Shown piece by piece: positions 15,112-29,668 of a DNA stretch of 64,000 bases. This DNA is from the human T2T-CHM13v2.0 reference genome, Homo sapiens. Both the position numbers and the translations under genes were made by a program. The notes beneath the pieces were generated by a model, which saw nothing but the letters and a program-made list of their open reading frames with translations, made no database searches and had not been told where the DNA came from. The stretch is from assembly GCF_009914755.1 (NCBI RefSeq), contig NC_060925.1. One strand, given 5' to 3'. The first letter of the stretch is position 1, and every line of letters starts with the position of its first letter.

Positions 15112-15402
<291 letters not shown>

Positions 15403-15938
15403 CTATTTTTATTTCCCCTATAAACTCTACTATGACACATCCTCTAAGTCAGGCATTCCCAAACCGTGGGTGGCAGCTACTGTGAAGGGTCTCCCAACCA
15501 AATATACCCCCAGCTGTCTGAAGACCAAATAAATGAGGTTACACACATATGTAAACTATTATTCTGAAAACGTCTATAGATGCTATTGCGGTCAATAGAA
15601 TTCAAATTCCTTGTTTATGTTGTCATTCACTCACAGCAGCTTTCTGTAACTGAGCATTTTCTCCAGCTGAAGTGACACTATAGGGCAGGAGAGGATGCAT
15701 GCAGCCTGGGAGAGCTCAGAGGTTACCACCATAAGCCATTCCCTACGCTGGCCACTCACCTCCTTGTTGCCACTTATTTGAACACCGTCTATCTCTAGAC
15801 CACCTTAAGAACTCTGAAGAGGCCTTTCCAGAAAATGCTACCTTTACAATGACCCTTACCATCTCCTCCGGTCTAGGGTTTGCCTTTTATATTTTAGTTG
15901 TCCTTTCAGACATTCATGTCTTCTCATAATACAAGTAT

Positions 15939-16241
<303 letters not shown>

Positions 16242-16689
16242 TAATACAAGTTTTTATTTTAGGTGAGGATGTTTTCCCTTCCAGAAAGCTTATGAATGCT
16301 TCCTCAGTTTCCCCTTTGAATTCCCAACAGCACTCTGCATGTGGAGAAAACAAATATTTTATATTTCCCCTACACTAATATCCACTTAAACCTGATATCG
16401 AATAGAAAGAACATGGGCCTTGGAATCTTTACCAAACCCAGGTCTGAATTCCCTGTGACTGTGTGTGTGTCTCTTAATCTCTCTGAGACTCAATTTCTCC
16501 TAAGACAAAAAAGAGAGTAGATATACTCTACTTTATACAACTGCCAAGAGGAATCTACGAGGTAATGAGGGTAAAAGTACGAGCAAAAAGGTTGTCAGAA
16601 GATAAACTCAAGGAATGTTTACAAAAATTACTTAAGACATGAAAAGAAAACTCAATTCTTTTTTTCCCTTTCAAATTTTAATTCAAGCT

Positions 16690-16985
16690 GGCCGGGCACA
16701 GTGGCTCACACCTGTAATCCCAGCACTTTGGGAGGCTGAGGCAGGTGGATTGCCTAAGGTCAGGAGATCAAGACTAGCCTGACCAACATGGTGAAACCCT
16801 GTCTCTATTAAAAATACAAAAATTAGCCAGGCATGATGGTGGGCACCTGTAATCCCAGCTACTCTGGAGGCTGAGGCAGGAGAATACTTGAACCCAGGAG
16901 GTGGGCATTGCAGTGAGCCAAGATGGCGCCACTGCACTCCAGATTCGGTGATGCAGTGAGACTCCATCTCATTAAAAAAAAAAAA
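16690..16985 (+). mobile_element. Alu (AluS-type)
   Basis: Full dimer with poly-A. Confidence 0.93.
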
Positions 16986-17020
16986 ATTTAGTTAAAGACA
17001 GAGAGGTTTCATTCAACTAC

Positions 17021-17338
17021 TGTATTAGTCTGTTTTTATGCTGCTGATAAAAACATACCCAAGATTGGGAAGAAAAAGGTTTATGGACTTACAGTTCCAC
17101 ATGGCTGGGAGGCAAGGAGGAGCAAGTCACATCTTACATGGATGGCAGCAGGCAAAAATTCCCATTTTTAAAACCATCAGATCTCATGAGACTCATGCAC
17201 TATGAGAACAGCACAAGAAAGACCCACCCGCTCCCATAATTCAATCACCTCCCACTGGGTTCCTCCCATGACACATGGGAATTGTGGGAGTTACAATTCA
17301 AGATGAGATTTGGCTGGGAACACAGCCAGAGCATATCA
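17021..17338 (-). mobile_element. THE1B-type solo LTR
   Basis: tgtattagtc...catatca termini; 5-bp TSD actac at 17016-17020 and 17339-17343. Confidence 0.9.
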
Positions 17339-17784
17339 ACTACTTGTTGATGCGGAAGAGATGAAATGGAAGACAGAAAAGATGCATTGCAAGAGAATGC
17401 AAAGTGGAAGTGTCTTTGACTCCATAAGGGGCTCAGGGCCTGAAGATTTAAAGCCCCACTATAGGAAGATGCCCCCTCCCAGAACTGAGCTGCTGCAGCT
17501 ACCACACAGATGCTCAGGCTGAGGGTTGTGGGCACCCAGGTAAGCAGCTGACTGAGAAATATGAAATTTTAATTTACCTCCACCTGTAACTGTGGGGCTG
17601 ATATTCCATGCTTCCTTTGGCTCAAAACCCCTTCCCTGAAATTGCATATATTTTCTTTTTAAGCAGAAGAGCTGAAATGATATCAGTGAAAAGAATGAGG
17701 TTAGCTGGGGAGGGTCTGAAAATATCCAAGCAGTAGACACTGGATAATAATCAAACCCACTCCCTACCTCACTATCCTACATCA

Positions 17785-17983
17785 CTGATTCTCAATCCCC
17801 ATTCTCCAGATCCCGCACCTCTGGAAATGCCTGGAGACATTTTTGGTTGTCACACCTGGGGGATGCTATTGGCACCTAAGGCTGGGGATGTTGCTAAACA
17901 TTTTACAATACACAAGATAGCCCCCAACAACAGAGAATTATCCGGTCAAAAACGTCAGTAGTGCCGAGGTTGAGAAAACCTGC
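17785..17983 (+). mobile_element. MER20 (hAT-Charlie)
   Basis: ctggagacatttttggttgtcaca...gctaaacattttacaatacaca...gtagtgccgaggttgagaaa. Confidence 0.8.
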
Positions 17984-18424
17984 TCTACACAAACAATTTG
18001 GGTTCATTCTTCTCATTCTGTTTTTTACTGTATGTACTTAATAAACAGATCAAGAAAAATAAAACAAGCCCTTCCATAACATACACATGCTCTGAGAAGA
18101 CAAGAGATGGAAGCTGTGCTGAGAACAAGACTGAGATGATTACTTCTATCACAAGATAAAAAATAATGACTACGTGAATTAGTTTTTACCCTTAATTATT
18201 TTTTATTTATTATCCTCATCAAGCCAGGCAAACTAAGCCCATATTCCTAAAACTATATTATTTTTAAATAGCTGAAAGGAGTACATTTTTTTCTGATGGC
18301 CATATGTGAGATGGATGCCTCAGGCACAGGGCTGTCCCCTCCCTCCCTCACCATGATAGCCATACTGCCACTGGTTTCTGGACACTCCTATATTCTTGTT
18401 TTCCCATTCCTCACTGAGCTACAC

Positions 18425-19110
18425 AAAATACATTTATTGAAGAGCTGCTCTGTGCCCAGCTCAACTCTACAGCTGGGGCATAGCCCTGAACAAGACATGT
18501 TCAAATCTCTCCTATCCTGAAGCTTACATTTTGGAGGTGGGGATACAGACAGTAAACAAATAAATTTAAAAAATAGGAAACAATTCTGGGTAGTAGGTAC
18601 TGTAAAGAAAGATCAAACAGGGTAAGCAGAGAGGGAATGGGTGTCTGGGTCAGGGGTGGGTCATCAGGGAAGGCTCTCCAAGGACATGACATTTGAGCAG
18701 AGACCAGAAAATGATGCGAGGGAACCTCAGGCAGGCCAGAGAAGAGCCCTTGCAAAGCCCTGAGGCTGAAATGAGCTCGGCGTGTTTAAGGATTAGCAAG
18801 AAAGCTGGAGAGGAGTGAAGAAGAGAACAGCAGACTTTGGAGACAGTCGGGGGCCAGATTACAAAAAGCATTGCAGGCCTGGAGAAAGAGTGTGGACTGG
18901 ATTCTACATGTGAGAGGAAGCCACTGGAGAGACATGACTGACTTACACTTTCAAGAGGTCACTGTGCCTGCTGCTGGGTGAAGGGGGGACTGCAAGGGGC
19001 AAGTGTGGAGGCAGGGACCCCAGTTAGGAGGCCACGGCTATGGCCCAAGTAGAGACAAAGGCTTGGACCAGGGTCATGGTAACAGAAGTGTTAAGAAATG
19101 TTTAGATTCA
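18425..19110 (+). mobile_element. L2 fragment; element sense is probably the minus strand
   Basis: catttattgaagagctgctctgtgcc...gacatttgagcagagacc...ccagttaggaggc...ggcttggaccagggt. Confidence 0.75.
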
Positions 19111-19674
19111 CTAATCTCCTTAAAGATGCCAACATTTTGGAGCTAAAAGAGGCCTTCAGAGTAATTCATTCTAGTCTATCATTTTACAGATGACAAAATG
19201 AAAGCCCAAGGGGCTGAAATGAGTTACCCATAGTCATAGACCTAATTACTGACAAAGCACAAATTTCCTGACTGCCATCACTATACCTCTGCCCTTACCT
19301 GGCCAACCCAGGGCTGGGGTGGGCAATGCAGAAGACAGGTAGGCACAGGAACCCTCTAGAGGGTAGTCCTAGCCAAAGTCAAAATAAATGACTCTCTTTG
19401 CTTTGGGCAAGGTCACCCTAACATCCTAGCCAAACCCAATGGGCCCTTATTGAGCTCTCTGCAGCATCTGACACTTCTGACTCCTTTCATTTTTTTGAGA
19501 CTCCCTCTTCCCTTGTCTTCCCTGAGCTCCTCTCTCCTGTCTCTCCGTCCTTTAGTTCCTTACCAGTCTTGCTTACCTGCTAATCATCCTACCCTGTAAG
19601 CGCTGCAGTTTTCCAAGATGCCCTCTGGGGCACTATTTCTTCCTTTCTCATCTACAGAGGAAATTAACTGTCGG

Positions 19675-20110
19675 CCTCCTCGATATCTCTTACCCTTGTC
19701 CAGCAGTTGCTCCTCTGGAGACCCACCCTTTTCACACACCACATCCATGTGGCTTCATGGATGTGGACACATGACCTATGCCTCGCCAATCAGCATCTTC
19801 GAACTTCCTTTGATGTAACAACAGTGTTGCTGAAACAGCTGGGAGAAGGACAGTTCCCCTTTCACATTGGATTTGAACCTGCAGCTTTCCCCCTTGCCAG
19901 AGCTGCTGGGGATCACCACACAGAACCTTAGCATGAAGAAAGGTCAAAACCAGTGAGAAAATGGGTCCTGATAAAAACCACTTGAACCCTGAACCCACAC
20001 CAGAAGCCAAATACACTCGAGCATTTTAATGACATGAGCCAATAGCTTTCCTTTTTGCTTAAGTGGATTTGAATGGATATTCTACCACTTGCAAAAGAAA
20101 GACTCCTATC
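19675..20110 (+). mobile_element. MLT1-type LTR, diverged
   Basis: gagctgctggggatcacc, gacatgagccaatagctttcctttttgcttaag, cacttgcaaaagaaagactcct. Confidence 0.5.
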
Positions 20111-21363
20111 TGATACCTCTTCTCTCTATATGTTCCCTCTCTATGCCCACTTAAACACTGATGACTCCAAAATCTCCATGTATAGCCTAGAAACTCTTTG
20201 GTGCTCCAGATTCATATCCACCCACCTTGTAGATGTTGTCTCCCATATGTCACATTCAGGCACCTCAGATAGAACATGTACAAAATGGAATTCACATCTC
20301 TGCTGCTACCATCCCACTATGCTATTCCTCATGTTTTTCTCTACCCTAGATAAAACATCACCACCCACCCAATCTCTCAGGAAAGAAGCCTAGGACATCC
20401 TAGGCCACTCCTTAAGGGAATCCTAATGGGGTTTAGGCCCTGACTACACTTTCTGACTGTGTCACCATGGGTGTATTAATGAACATGTCTGAGCTGTGGA
20501 TTTCCATACTGACTCTCTAGGATTGAATGAGATAGTGTGTGTAAAGCAGTTGGTTCCATTTCCTATCACAGACATCCAATGCATCACTAGTTCTCAGTCA
20601 AAACTTCATCCTCACTGCCACTACCCCAGCTCAGAGCCTCACCATCTTTTCCCTGGACTACTAACAGGCATTTCTCTCTTCTTCTTATTTTCGATCTCAC
20701 CCCCACCCTTACCCCCCACACCAATCTCTCCTCCCAACTATTGCCAGACTGATTGTCCCCTACACAGCCAGACCATTTCATGCTATTCCCTGCCACCTGC
20801 AGAATTTATTCATTTGCAAATACCCTCTACCTCGACCATCCCAAATTGCTCACAGTTCTCCAAACACTCACTGTTGTTCTCAACTCTGTGGCTCTGTACA
20901 CTGTTATCACTGCCCATAATGCTGTCTCTTCCTCCTCACCCACCTGGAGAAGAGCTCATCCTTAAGACTTGGTTAAAAAAAGAAAAAAAAAAGTTACTAT
21001 AAAAGTCAAAGAAAATATAGATTGGTTAAAGTGACAAGGAGGGAAAATAAATAAAGGAAAAGCAGAAATTTAAAATATTTTTAAATGGAGAAAAGCAAAG
21101 AAAGAATGGAGAGAAAAGAGAAAATTTAGGAAAATTTACTCTTGAAGTAGGAGGGGACTTCCTAAGCAAGACAGAAAACTTGAAAACAAAGAAAAGTGAT
21201 AGAGTTTTCACTTCATAAAAATTAAATACTTCTGGACAATCAAAGGTACAATAAGCAAAGTTGGGGAAGAAGACATAAAGATGTTTGATTTATTAACAAG
21301 AAAAGGATTAAAGACCAGAATTTAAAAAGAGCCTCACAAATTGATGAAATTACAAACAACTCA

Positions 21364-22136
<773 letters not shown>

Positions 22137-22209
22137 CTATGTAGAACAGAGCATATAATATGCTATCATATTTATTTCTGAAAGAGAGAAAACAGAAGGC
22201 ACATTTTTA

Positions 22210-22574
<365 letters not shown>

Positions 22575-23115
22575 TGAAAGAATGCACAAAAACTGGTAAA
22601 ATTAGTTATACCCAAAAAAGGAAAAAGAGGGCTAGGAAAGAGGAGTGGGAGGGAGATGTTGCCTTTTATAACTTTTGAATGCTATACCTTTCCAATTCAC
22701 TACTTATTCTCAAACAAATAACCTTAAATAAATACAGTAAATAATTCAGTCTCTTTTTCTACACAATCTTCCAGACCTCAATAAACAAAGATAATTCTGC
22801 TTAAATAACCACTTAAAATGTACATTTCCTTTGACCCACAGATCCCACGTCCAGGAACAATTTTTACCCAGAAATATTGTACATGTACACAGATAAAGAT
22901 ACACAGAAAATCTAAATTAAATTGGAAGCCAATCTATGAGTCCATCAAGAGGGGAATGTTTAAATAATTTATAGGGAACCGATACTATGAAATACTATGT
23001 TATTATTAAAAAGAATGAAGTACAATGTATCTGTTATTGTTATTGAATGACTTCTAAGTCATATTGTTAAATCAGAAAAGTAAACCACAGAGCATTATTA
23101 TATGACCCGATTTAT

Positions 23116-23246
23116 GTTTTTCTTTTTTTAACAGACAGGATCTTACTATGTTGTCCATGCTGGACTTGAACTCTTAGGCTCAAGCGATCCTCCCACCTCA
23201 GCCTATCAAGTAACTGGGACTACAGGTGTGCGCCACCATGCCCAGC
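23116..23246 (-). mobile_element. FLAM/Alu monomer
   Basis: Single-arm reverse Alu sequence. Confidence 0.8.
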
Positions 23247-24392
23247 TTCATTTATGTATTTTTTCAAGTATATTCAATATATTCAGGTTGGTCCTAAAGT
23301 GAGAAATGTAGGTAATACTTTTTTATCATGTTTTATATAATAGCAATAAACTATATATTCACCTATGTTTCCAGGCTTGGTGACCATATTGAGCACACTG
23401 AAAAAGACCTAAAAAGACAGACATTTACAGTGGTTATCTCAAAGGTGGGGAGAAGGAGTAGAGAAGAGGTGGAGGGGAATTTAATTTATTTTCCTATATG
23501 TTACTGTGTTTTAAAATATTTACAGCTCTTAGTTTTGAAAAATTACTATATTCCATGAATGCTTTACATTATTTACCTAAGGTCACAAGTTTATAAGGGG
23601 CAGGGCTGGGAGGTAGGCTGTCTGACTTCAGATAGTGCTCTTAACACAGTGTTCTCTCACCCATTGCTTGAGTATAAAACAAACACAAACTAAAATAAAA
23701 TTGAAATATACCTCCTCATGCTTTACCCCTGGCCAACTGCAAATTCCTTCCTTTATGCTCCAGCACTCCCTGAACATATTTGCCATGAATGCTGTCCTCT
23801 CCCCTGCTGAGCACATAAAATGTGCAAGGAAATAGATTAAAACTAGTTGTAAGCCTTTTCTCTTGGTGTAGAAACAGAGTCATAGACGAGTACTGGGTGA
23901 ATGAATGAAGTATGGAGTCATAAAGTCAATCCCTCCTCCAAACTCCAGGTAGCACTGATAGCTATCTCTAGTTCTGTTGATGTTTTTTGTTCTTATAGAA
24001 AAACAGCAAGAAGACACCATTTCTCCCCTGCTGTCATGCTTTACTGCATCTCAGAATGACAGTCAGTGCTTCCCAAGGTCTCACACAGAAGACGCAAGCA
24101 GCCTGCACACATAATTTGGTTAAACTGCACGCACATTAAAAAAAATGTTTTGAATCAGTTGCTATCTTTAAAAATATATGAAGCTTGTTTTCCGTAAAAA
24201 TTTACAGTTTCCCCCAAAACTAAGATCAGGCAACCATGTGCTGGAGCCCCACCGCACCTGCAGCTGCCCCCTTACTGGAGACAGGCTTAGCAGCACACAG
24301 CTCCCACCCAGCCCTCCTGTCCACCCGCCTCCTGCACTCAGGCTTCCTGACTGGTCCCTGCTGGCAGTGGAGTTTACACCACAGAACTGTAC

Positions 24393-24523
24393 CTCCTCTT
24401 GCTGACATTTAGGTCAGTTCCAGTTCAGCCCATTCTGTCTTCCTCGGAACCCAAACAGAGAGCTCGCAGCCCTCTGACCACACAGTGCTCCTTCACCTCT
24501 CAGAGGACGCACAGTGCACCAGG
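24393..24523 (-). other. Candidate 131-nt 5' exon of the minus-strand gene
   Basis: Minus strand: branch-like CTAAT, acceptor gttctctttgtgttgcag|, donor GAG|GTACAG; non-repetitive and retains CpGs. Confidence 0.35.
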
Positions 24524-24672
24524 CTGCAACACAAAGAGAACGGTTCGGATATCGTTGCGGCCTTGGATTAGTTCCAAAATGTCAAGCGGGCCTCTTAATG
24601 AGGGGTCTCTATTCTTGATGTTATGGCAGTGGAGCTACAGGGCAGGGAGAAGCCCTGAGTTAAAGAACTCAC

Positions 24673-24704
24673 CTGTGTGCCATCAGGAAACCACGTGAAA
24701 AGCA
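24673..24704 (-). other. Candidate small exon with a consensus donor
   Basis: CAG|GTGAGT at 24673; possible acceptor cttttgccttggtag| at 24704. Confidence 0.25.
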
Positions 24705-25743
24705 CTACCAAGGCAAAAGATCTGAGTTCAATCTGGGCTGCTTACCTAGCTGGGCAAGAATGCTTCATCTCTCCTGAGCCTCAGTTTCCTCACCTATCAA
24801 ATGGGCTAGTAGAGCTTCACAAGGTTGTTGTGTGAATGAAAAAGTGTACATGAAAGTGCTTGTAAGCACCTGACAAGTATAAAATAAGACGGGTGTGGAG
24901 GAGGACCGGAAGAGAGGTGCTCTGAAAGAAGTAACAGAAATGGGTGCCATGCATTCCAGTTACAGTTGAAGAGCCTCTGTCTCTATGACCTGAGGTCCCT
25001 CCCACCTCCTCTTTCTGCCCTGAGGGCCTGAAAAATGCCTCTCTTCACTTGCTCCCAGTGGCTGCAGTAAAATAGATTATAAGGGAAAACCGCCTATTCC
25101 CCGAAGCAGTAGCTCTCCAGAACTCATCTGGAGGTCCAGGTCACTAGGGGAGAAGAAGCCAGGCTGAATCCACGCCTGGCTCCACGGAGGAGCCACAAGG
25201 ATGGCCATCCTCCCCCAGCCCCTAGGACGCTGAGACAGGCTCACCGGAGGTTATCGGTGTCTCCATTGGACAATCAAGGAACTGAGGTTCTTTCCCTCCA
25301 AAACCACACACCTCCTCACGGCTTCACCGGGAGGTGGATCAAATGACCTGCTCTATGAAAGCACTTTGCAAAAGGGATGAAAGTACAATAACAAGCAAAA
25401 ATAGCCTCCAAGATGTGATATAAAGCGATGCCAATGCGCAGCTATGTGGTTACTGGTGAGCAGACCTCCGGGAAGCACAGGACACACCCCACTTACCCAA
25501 CAGACGTTCTCATCCCATATGCCTTTGTCCAAAGGTTGCACGGGGGTTAAGCTTGGCCCAGAAGGCGCCGAGGGCTGGTCGAGTTCTCCCCTTTCCAAGA
25601 ACCAGCCGAATCTCCCTCCCGCAGATCTGAGGGGCAGAGCCGCCCATCCGGCGGCGCCGGGCCACTTCTGGGCGCGCCACCCGCCGCCCGCCCAGGCTCG
25701 GGGAGACAGCGCCCTGAGTCCCGGCTGGGAGAAGGCTGCTCAC

Positions 25744-25860
25744 CTGGTCCTCACGGATTCCAGCCGAGGGGCGTGACCGCTTCTCCCCACACCCTTTGCC
25801 CTGAGCGGGACGTGGAGTCTCTTGGCCCCAGGGGGCGCGGCCCGCATCGGCAGAGTCCCG
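25744..25860 (-). other. Candidate alternative first exon; 5' boundary unknown
   Basis: Strong donor CAG|GTGAGC at 25744 inside the CpG island. Confidence 0.35.
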
Positions 25861-26225
25861 GGCACGCACCTACGCCCTCCCATCCAGCGGACTGTTTAGG
25901 GGCTTCGGGCGGCGCCGGAGAAACGGGGCGGGCTGCACCCAGCAGAATGGGGTGGGCCTCTCAGAAGCCCCAGGCCGCAGGGGAGGGGCGCGCCCCCAAC
26001 ATCTTCCCACAAAGAGCTCCAGCTCTCCAAAGCAAGGCGCAGTGCGGGCGGAGGACAGCCCTGACCTCCGAGAGGGGCGCGGGGAGAAAGGGAGCGCCGT
26101 GGGGGCGGGGACCCTTCCCGGCCCGCGCCCTGAGCCCTCAGCCTCGCACAATGAGTTTAGCCTGGCTCCATCCGGACCGCCCTCTCCGCCCGGGCCCGCG
26201 CCCGCGCCCCACGCCGGGTGCTCAC

Positions 26226-26430
26226 CGAGGAGCGGCCGCCGCGGCAGCTCAGGCCCCGGCCCAGCCGCCTCCCCGCCTCGGCCACCGCCGCCGCCGCTTC
26301 CTTCCTCCCCGCCGCGCTCCGGGACTGGAGGTTTCGGGTTTCAGCCCACCGAGCCCCGCTTCGCTCCTCCCGCGGGCCAGCCACCAGCACGCGGACCCGG
26401 GCGGGCGCAGGCCAAGTAACTTTGCGGCGC
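26226..26430 (-). other. Likely non-coding exon 1 of an unidentified minus-strand gene; TSS approximate
   Basis: Lies just downstream of the GC-box cluster; GGC-repeat leader without ATG; donor TCG|GTGAGC at 26226. Confidence 0.6.
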
Positions 26431-26599
26431 CCGCGCCCCGCCCCGCCCCCCCCACGCCCGGCCGGGCCCCTCCGGCCCCCGGAGCCCCGAGCCGCCTCCC
26501 CGCGCCCCGCACTGCCCCGCCCCGCCCAGCTCCCGGCGCCCCTCCCCACCCGCGCCCCTTCCTTCGCGTCCGTCCGCCCGCCCTCCCGGCTGCTTCTTT

Positions 26600-27279
26600 C
26601 CCATTTCTTCCCACGAACAGCCTCGGCTGCTGCTCTTTGTCTCGCCCTTACCCTCTCGGCTCGCCCCACTTTTCTCCTGAAAACCTTTGTGGTGCCTAAC
26701 TCAGGCCTTCCCTGTTCCCGTTCCTCCGCCCCAGTTCCAGCCGCTGGGACGTCGCCTTTTCCATGTCTCTCTCCATCACACAGACACTTTCAGATTCTTC
26801 CCGCAGGCTCCGCACAGTCCCATTCTCCTCCTCCAGTCCCGCCGTGGACGATCCTGGTATCGCCTTTGCTGCTCACCTTTCATTCATCCAGCCGACGGGC
26901 ACGAGCATCCATCTGCCTTCTGCCAGGCTCTGTCCCGGGCTCTGTTAATACCACAGTGAATTCGCCCCGAAGCCAGCCCCGGGGAGTGGGGAGTGGACGT
27001 AAACAGGTCTTCACACTGCTGCCCTGCACTCCCTCGGAACCAAAAGGCCAGGGAGCAGTCATCACAAAACAAAGAGCGGGCGCTGTCAGCTCGGGGGACG
27101 GAACAGTTCCTTCTCAGAATGTTTGTTTTCCCTTCCTCACTCCCCACTTTGCCTGCCTGTCTCCAGACTCCTACGTTTTCTATGCAGCAGTCTTAATAAG
27201 GGGATGAAAAGTTGAAGCACAGAGTAGAACTGCTAAAAAGGGAAAGAAGGAAGGACAAACAGGGCAGCAAAATAATCAG
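26600..27279 (+). ncRNA. Candidate first exon of a divergent transcript; start unknown
   Basis: Strong donor CAG|GTAAGA at 27279 at the right edge of the CpG island. Confidence 0.3.
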
Positions 27280-28749
27280 GTAAGAAGTTACAAAGCCCAG
27301 TTCACTAAACTCCAGAAAAAAAAAAACAAACCCTGATGCTGTGCTTAGAGCAGGATTCACATTCCTCTGAAATCCATCTGCTTTGATAAATACATTAATT
27401 ATTCCCTTGTCTACAGATTGACACTGTGGGAGATGCTTCCTTAATATTATTGGGCCACTGAGGCACAATTTAGAACAGTAATTTACTGTCTGGCACCTGC
27501 CAAACACCCACATTGCTCTGGGGACAAATGGGATAATGGGGAGAAAAAAGTAAATGGGTGCCTTAATATTCCTATGGGATAAATGCTTTATTTGGTCAAA
27601 AACTGGAAGCTGACGCTCCACTTAAGAGTCTAGGTCACGCGGCAAGCCAGACACTTGAAGGAGCTTAAAGCTTTCTGTTCTTAATAGTATTTTAGACACT
27701 TATTTTGAAATCCCTGATATTTATTTAATTTACACTGACTCAGATGTCGGCTAAGCTCTATGAGCCTGAGGGAGTGAGTTAACCTTCCTCTCAGCTTATT
27801 CATATATAAAATGGGGATACTCATACTTTCCTATCTGTAGAGTTGAAAAGGTTAAATGAGGTCATGTAAGTAAATCATCCAGTGACATAGAATCTGAGAA
27901 CTAAACCCTTTTGAAAATTGGTATTGACGAAAGGTCTGAAAATATATGCCACAGACTGGCATGGTGAGAATGAGAATAAAAAATAAACAGTTACGGCTGT
28001 TGTGGCTCCATACCCATCCATGATGCGAAAGATGTCCTTCATACTGAGCAACCTTTTCCCATACTTACTCTATTTCATTTTGAACTCTTCAACAGAAAAC
28101 ACTTTTTTTCTCCTGCTGCTCATTATCAAATGCATTATTTATCACAAAGATTTTTCTTTTTTCTGAGCTCATAAGCTCAGAACTTACTGTGCATTCAGGG
28201 ATGGAAATTGCTGCCAACAAATGCATTTTCAATTGCTCTCTTAAGATTTTTTTCCCTTCTGGAGCTAATATTGAGCTATGAGCAGAATTCAATCAGATGC
28301 AGAGAAAACAGACAAATTATTATTAAAGTAATTATTTCACCGTATATCATTGTATAGGTGACAATTGTGAAAAACGTGACTGATTTTGTGCAAGAATGTA
28401 TTTATATTTTTTTAGAAAAAGAGAAAGATACACACTAATTCTCCTTTCCCAAATTAGTTTAATAAACCATTCTGTTTTAGAGACATCCACAAAGACTTAT
28501 AAAGTAAGATAATGAGAGGCCTTGTCCAACTGAACCTCACATGTGTGTTGAATAATTTATATATAAAACATATTTTATGTAAAATATCATTTCAGTCTAG
28601 CAGTCCACATAAAACTGGTGAAAGCAAAACTGTGAAATATGCTATTTGTTCCACATGGAATGTTATTTCCTCCACTCTTTACAGGCCAAGCCCTTCCTGC
28701 CCTTCACATCTCACCTTAAATGTCACTTCCTTAGAGAAGTCTTCCCTGA

Positions 28750-28861
28750 TGGGATCTTGCTATGTTGCCCAGGCTTGTCTTTAACTCCTGGGCTCAAGCT
28801 ATCCTCTCACCTTGGCCTCCCAAAGTGCTGGAATTACAGATGTGAGCCACTGCACTCAGCC
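28750..28861 (-). mobile_element. FLAM/Alu left-arm fragment
   Basis: gctatgttgcccaggct...ccttggcctcccaaagtgctgg. Confidence 0.85.
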
Positions 28862-29149
28862 CCTGACCAATCTAAAAGAAATTCTCTAATCTATGTACTC
28901 TTTCACAGCTCTGTTGTTTTTCTACATAAAATGTGTCCAAATTTATAAAATATGCATCAATTTTTCTATTTATTTGTTTACAGTATGCCTCCACTGATAG
29001 AATGGTAAAACCATTTGACCTCAGATGGAAACTTCCCTGAAACTGATGTGCCTCTGGACTGATCAGAAACAAGAGCCAATCAATATACATATATTTTTAT
29101 TGAATCAGTATGGGTTTATTTCTGTTACTTGGAACAGAAAGCATCTCAC

Positions 29150-29660
29150 TCAGTGATTCTTAATACGACATTTTGAAAGGCATTTTGGGTTTGTCACAAT
29201 GATTAGAGGACACCCCAGGCATTTATTGGGTGCGGCCCAGGATACCAGACATCTTGCAGTACATGAAATAGTCCTACACAAAAAGAACAGTTCCTTTCAC
29301 ACATGACAGTAAAAACTGTCTATACTTTTCTAAGTCTGAAACCAAACTATTTTACATATATCCATGAGGGGTTTTTTTGCATGGTTTTGTTGTACAGCAA
29401 TTTGTCTAGGAATGCAAGTACTATGTGAATTGAAGGAAGATTGCACCTTGATTTACTCAAACCTCACCAAGAGTTGTTCAGTATTTTGGAAATCACCTCA
29501 CTATTAACAATGCCACTCATGGTATCAGATTTACTAGTACAAGTTAGGTGACTTGGTCTACATTTATATATCTGTGTCATACTTGCAGTGATCCTGTCTA
29601 TAACTTCAAGTGTCTGACCACTTCATGATGTCATCCACTAGGGCTGATATATTGAAATGA
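29150..29660 (+). mobile_element. MER20B-like hAT DNA transposon remnant
   Basis: cagtgattcttaa...gtttgtcacaatga...ggcatttattgggtgcggcccagg. Confidence 0.45.
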
Positions 29661-29668
29661 GCATTATT

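Larger units (their letters stand above)
25550..27000. promoter_or_regulatory. CpG island promoter, probably bidirectional
   Basis: Very GC- and CpG-rich non-repeat segment; clustered GC boxes (ccccgccccgcccc) at about 26435-26530. Confidence 0.93.

Noticed and set aside
26226-26430. Assigning a gene symbol to the minus-strand gene
   Set aside because: No coding exon lies in the window and I do not recognise the 5' UTR; a BLAT search would settle it.
25773-27207. Long ORFs of 308 and 329 aa and overlapping minus-strand ORFs in the CpG island
   Set aside because: Pro/Arg/Ala/Gly-rich low-complexity translations, open in several frames on both strands, with mostly non-ATG starts; expected from stop-codon scarcity in GC-rich DNA.
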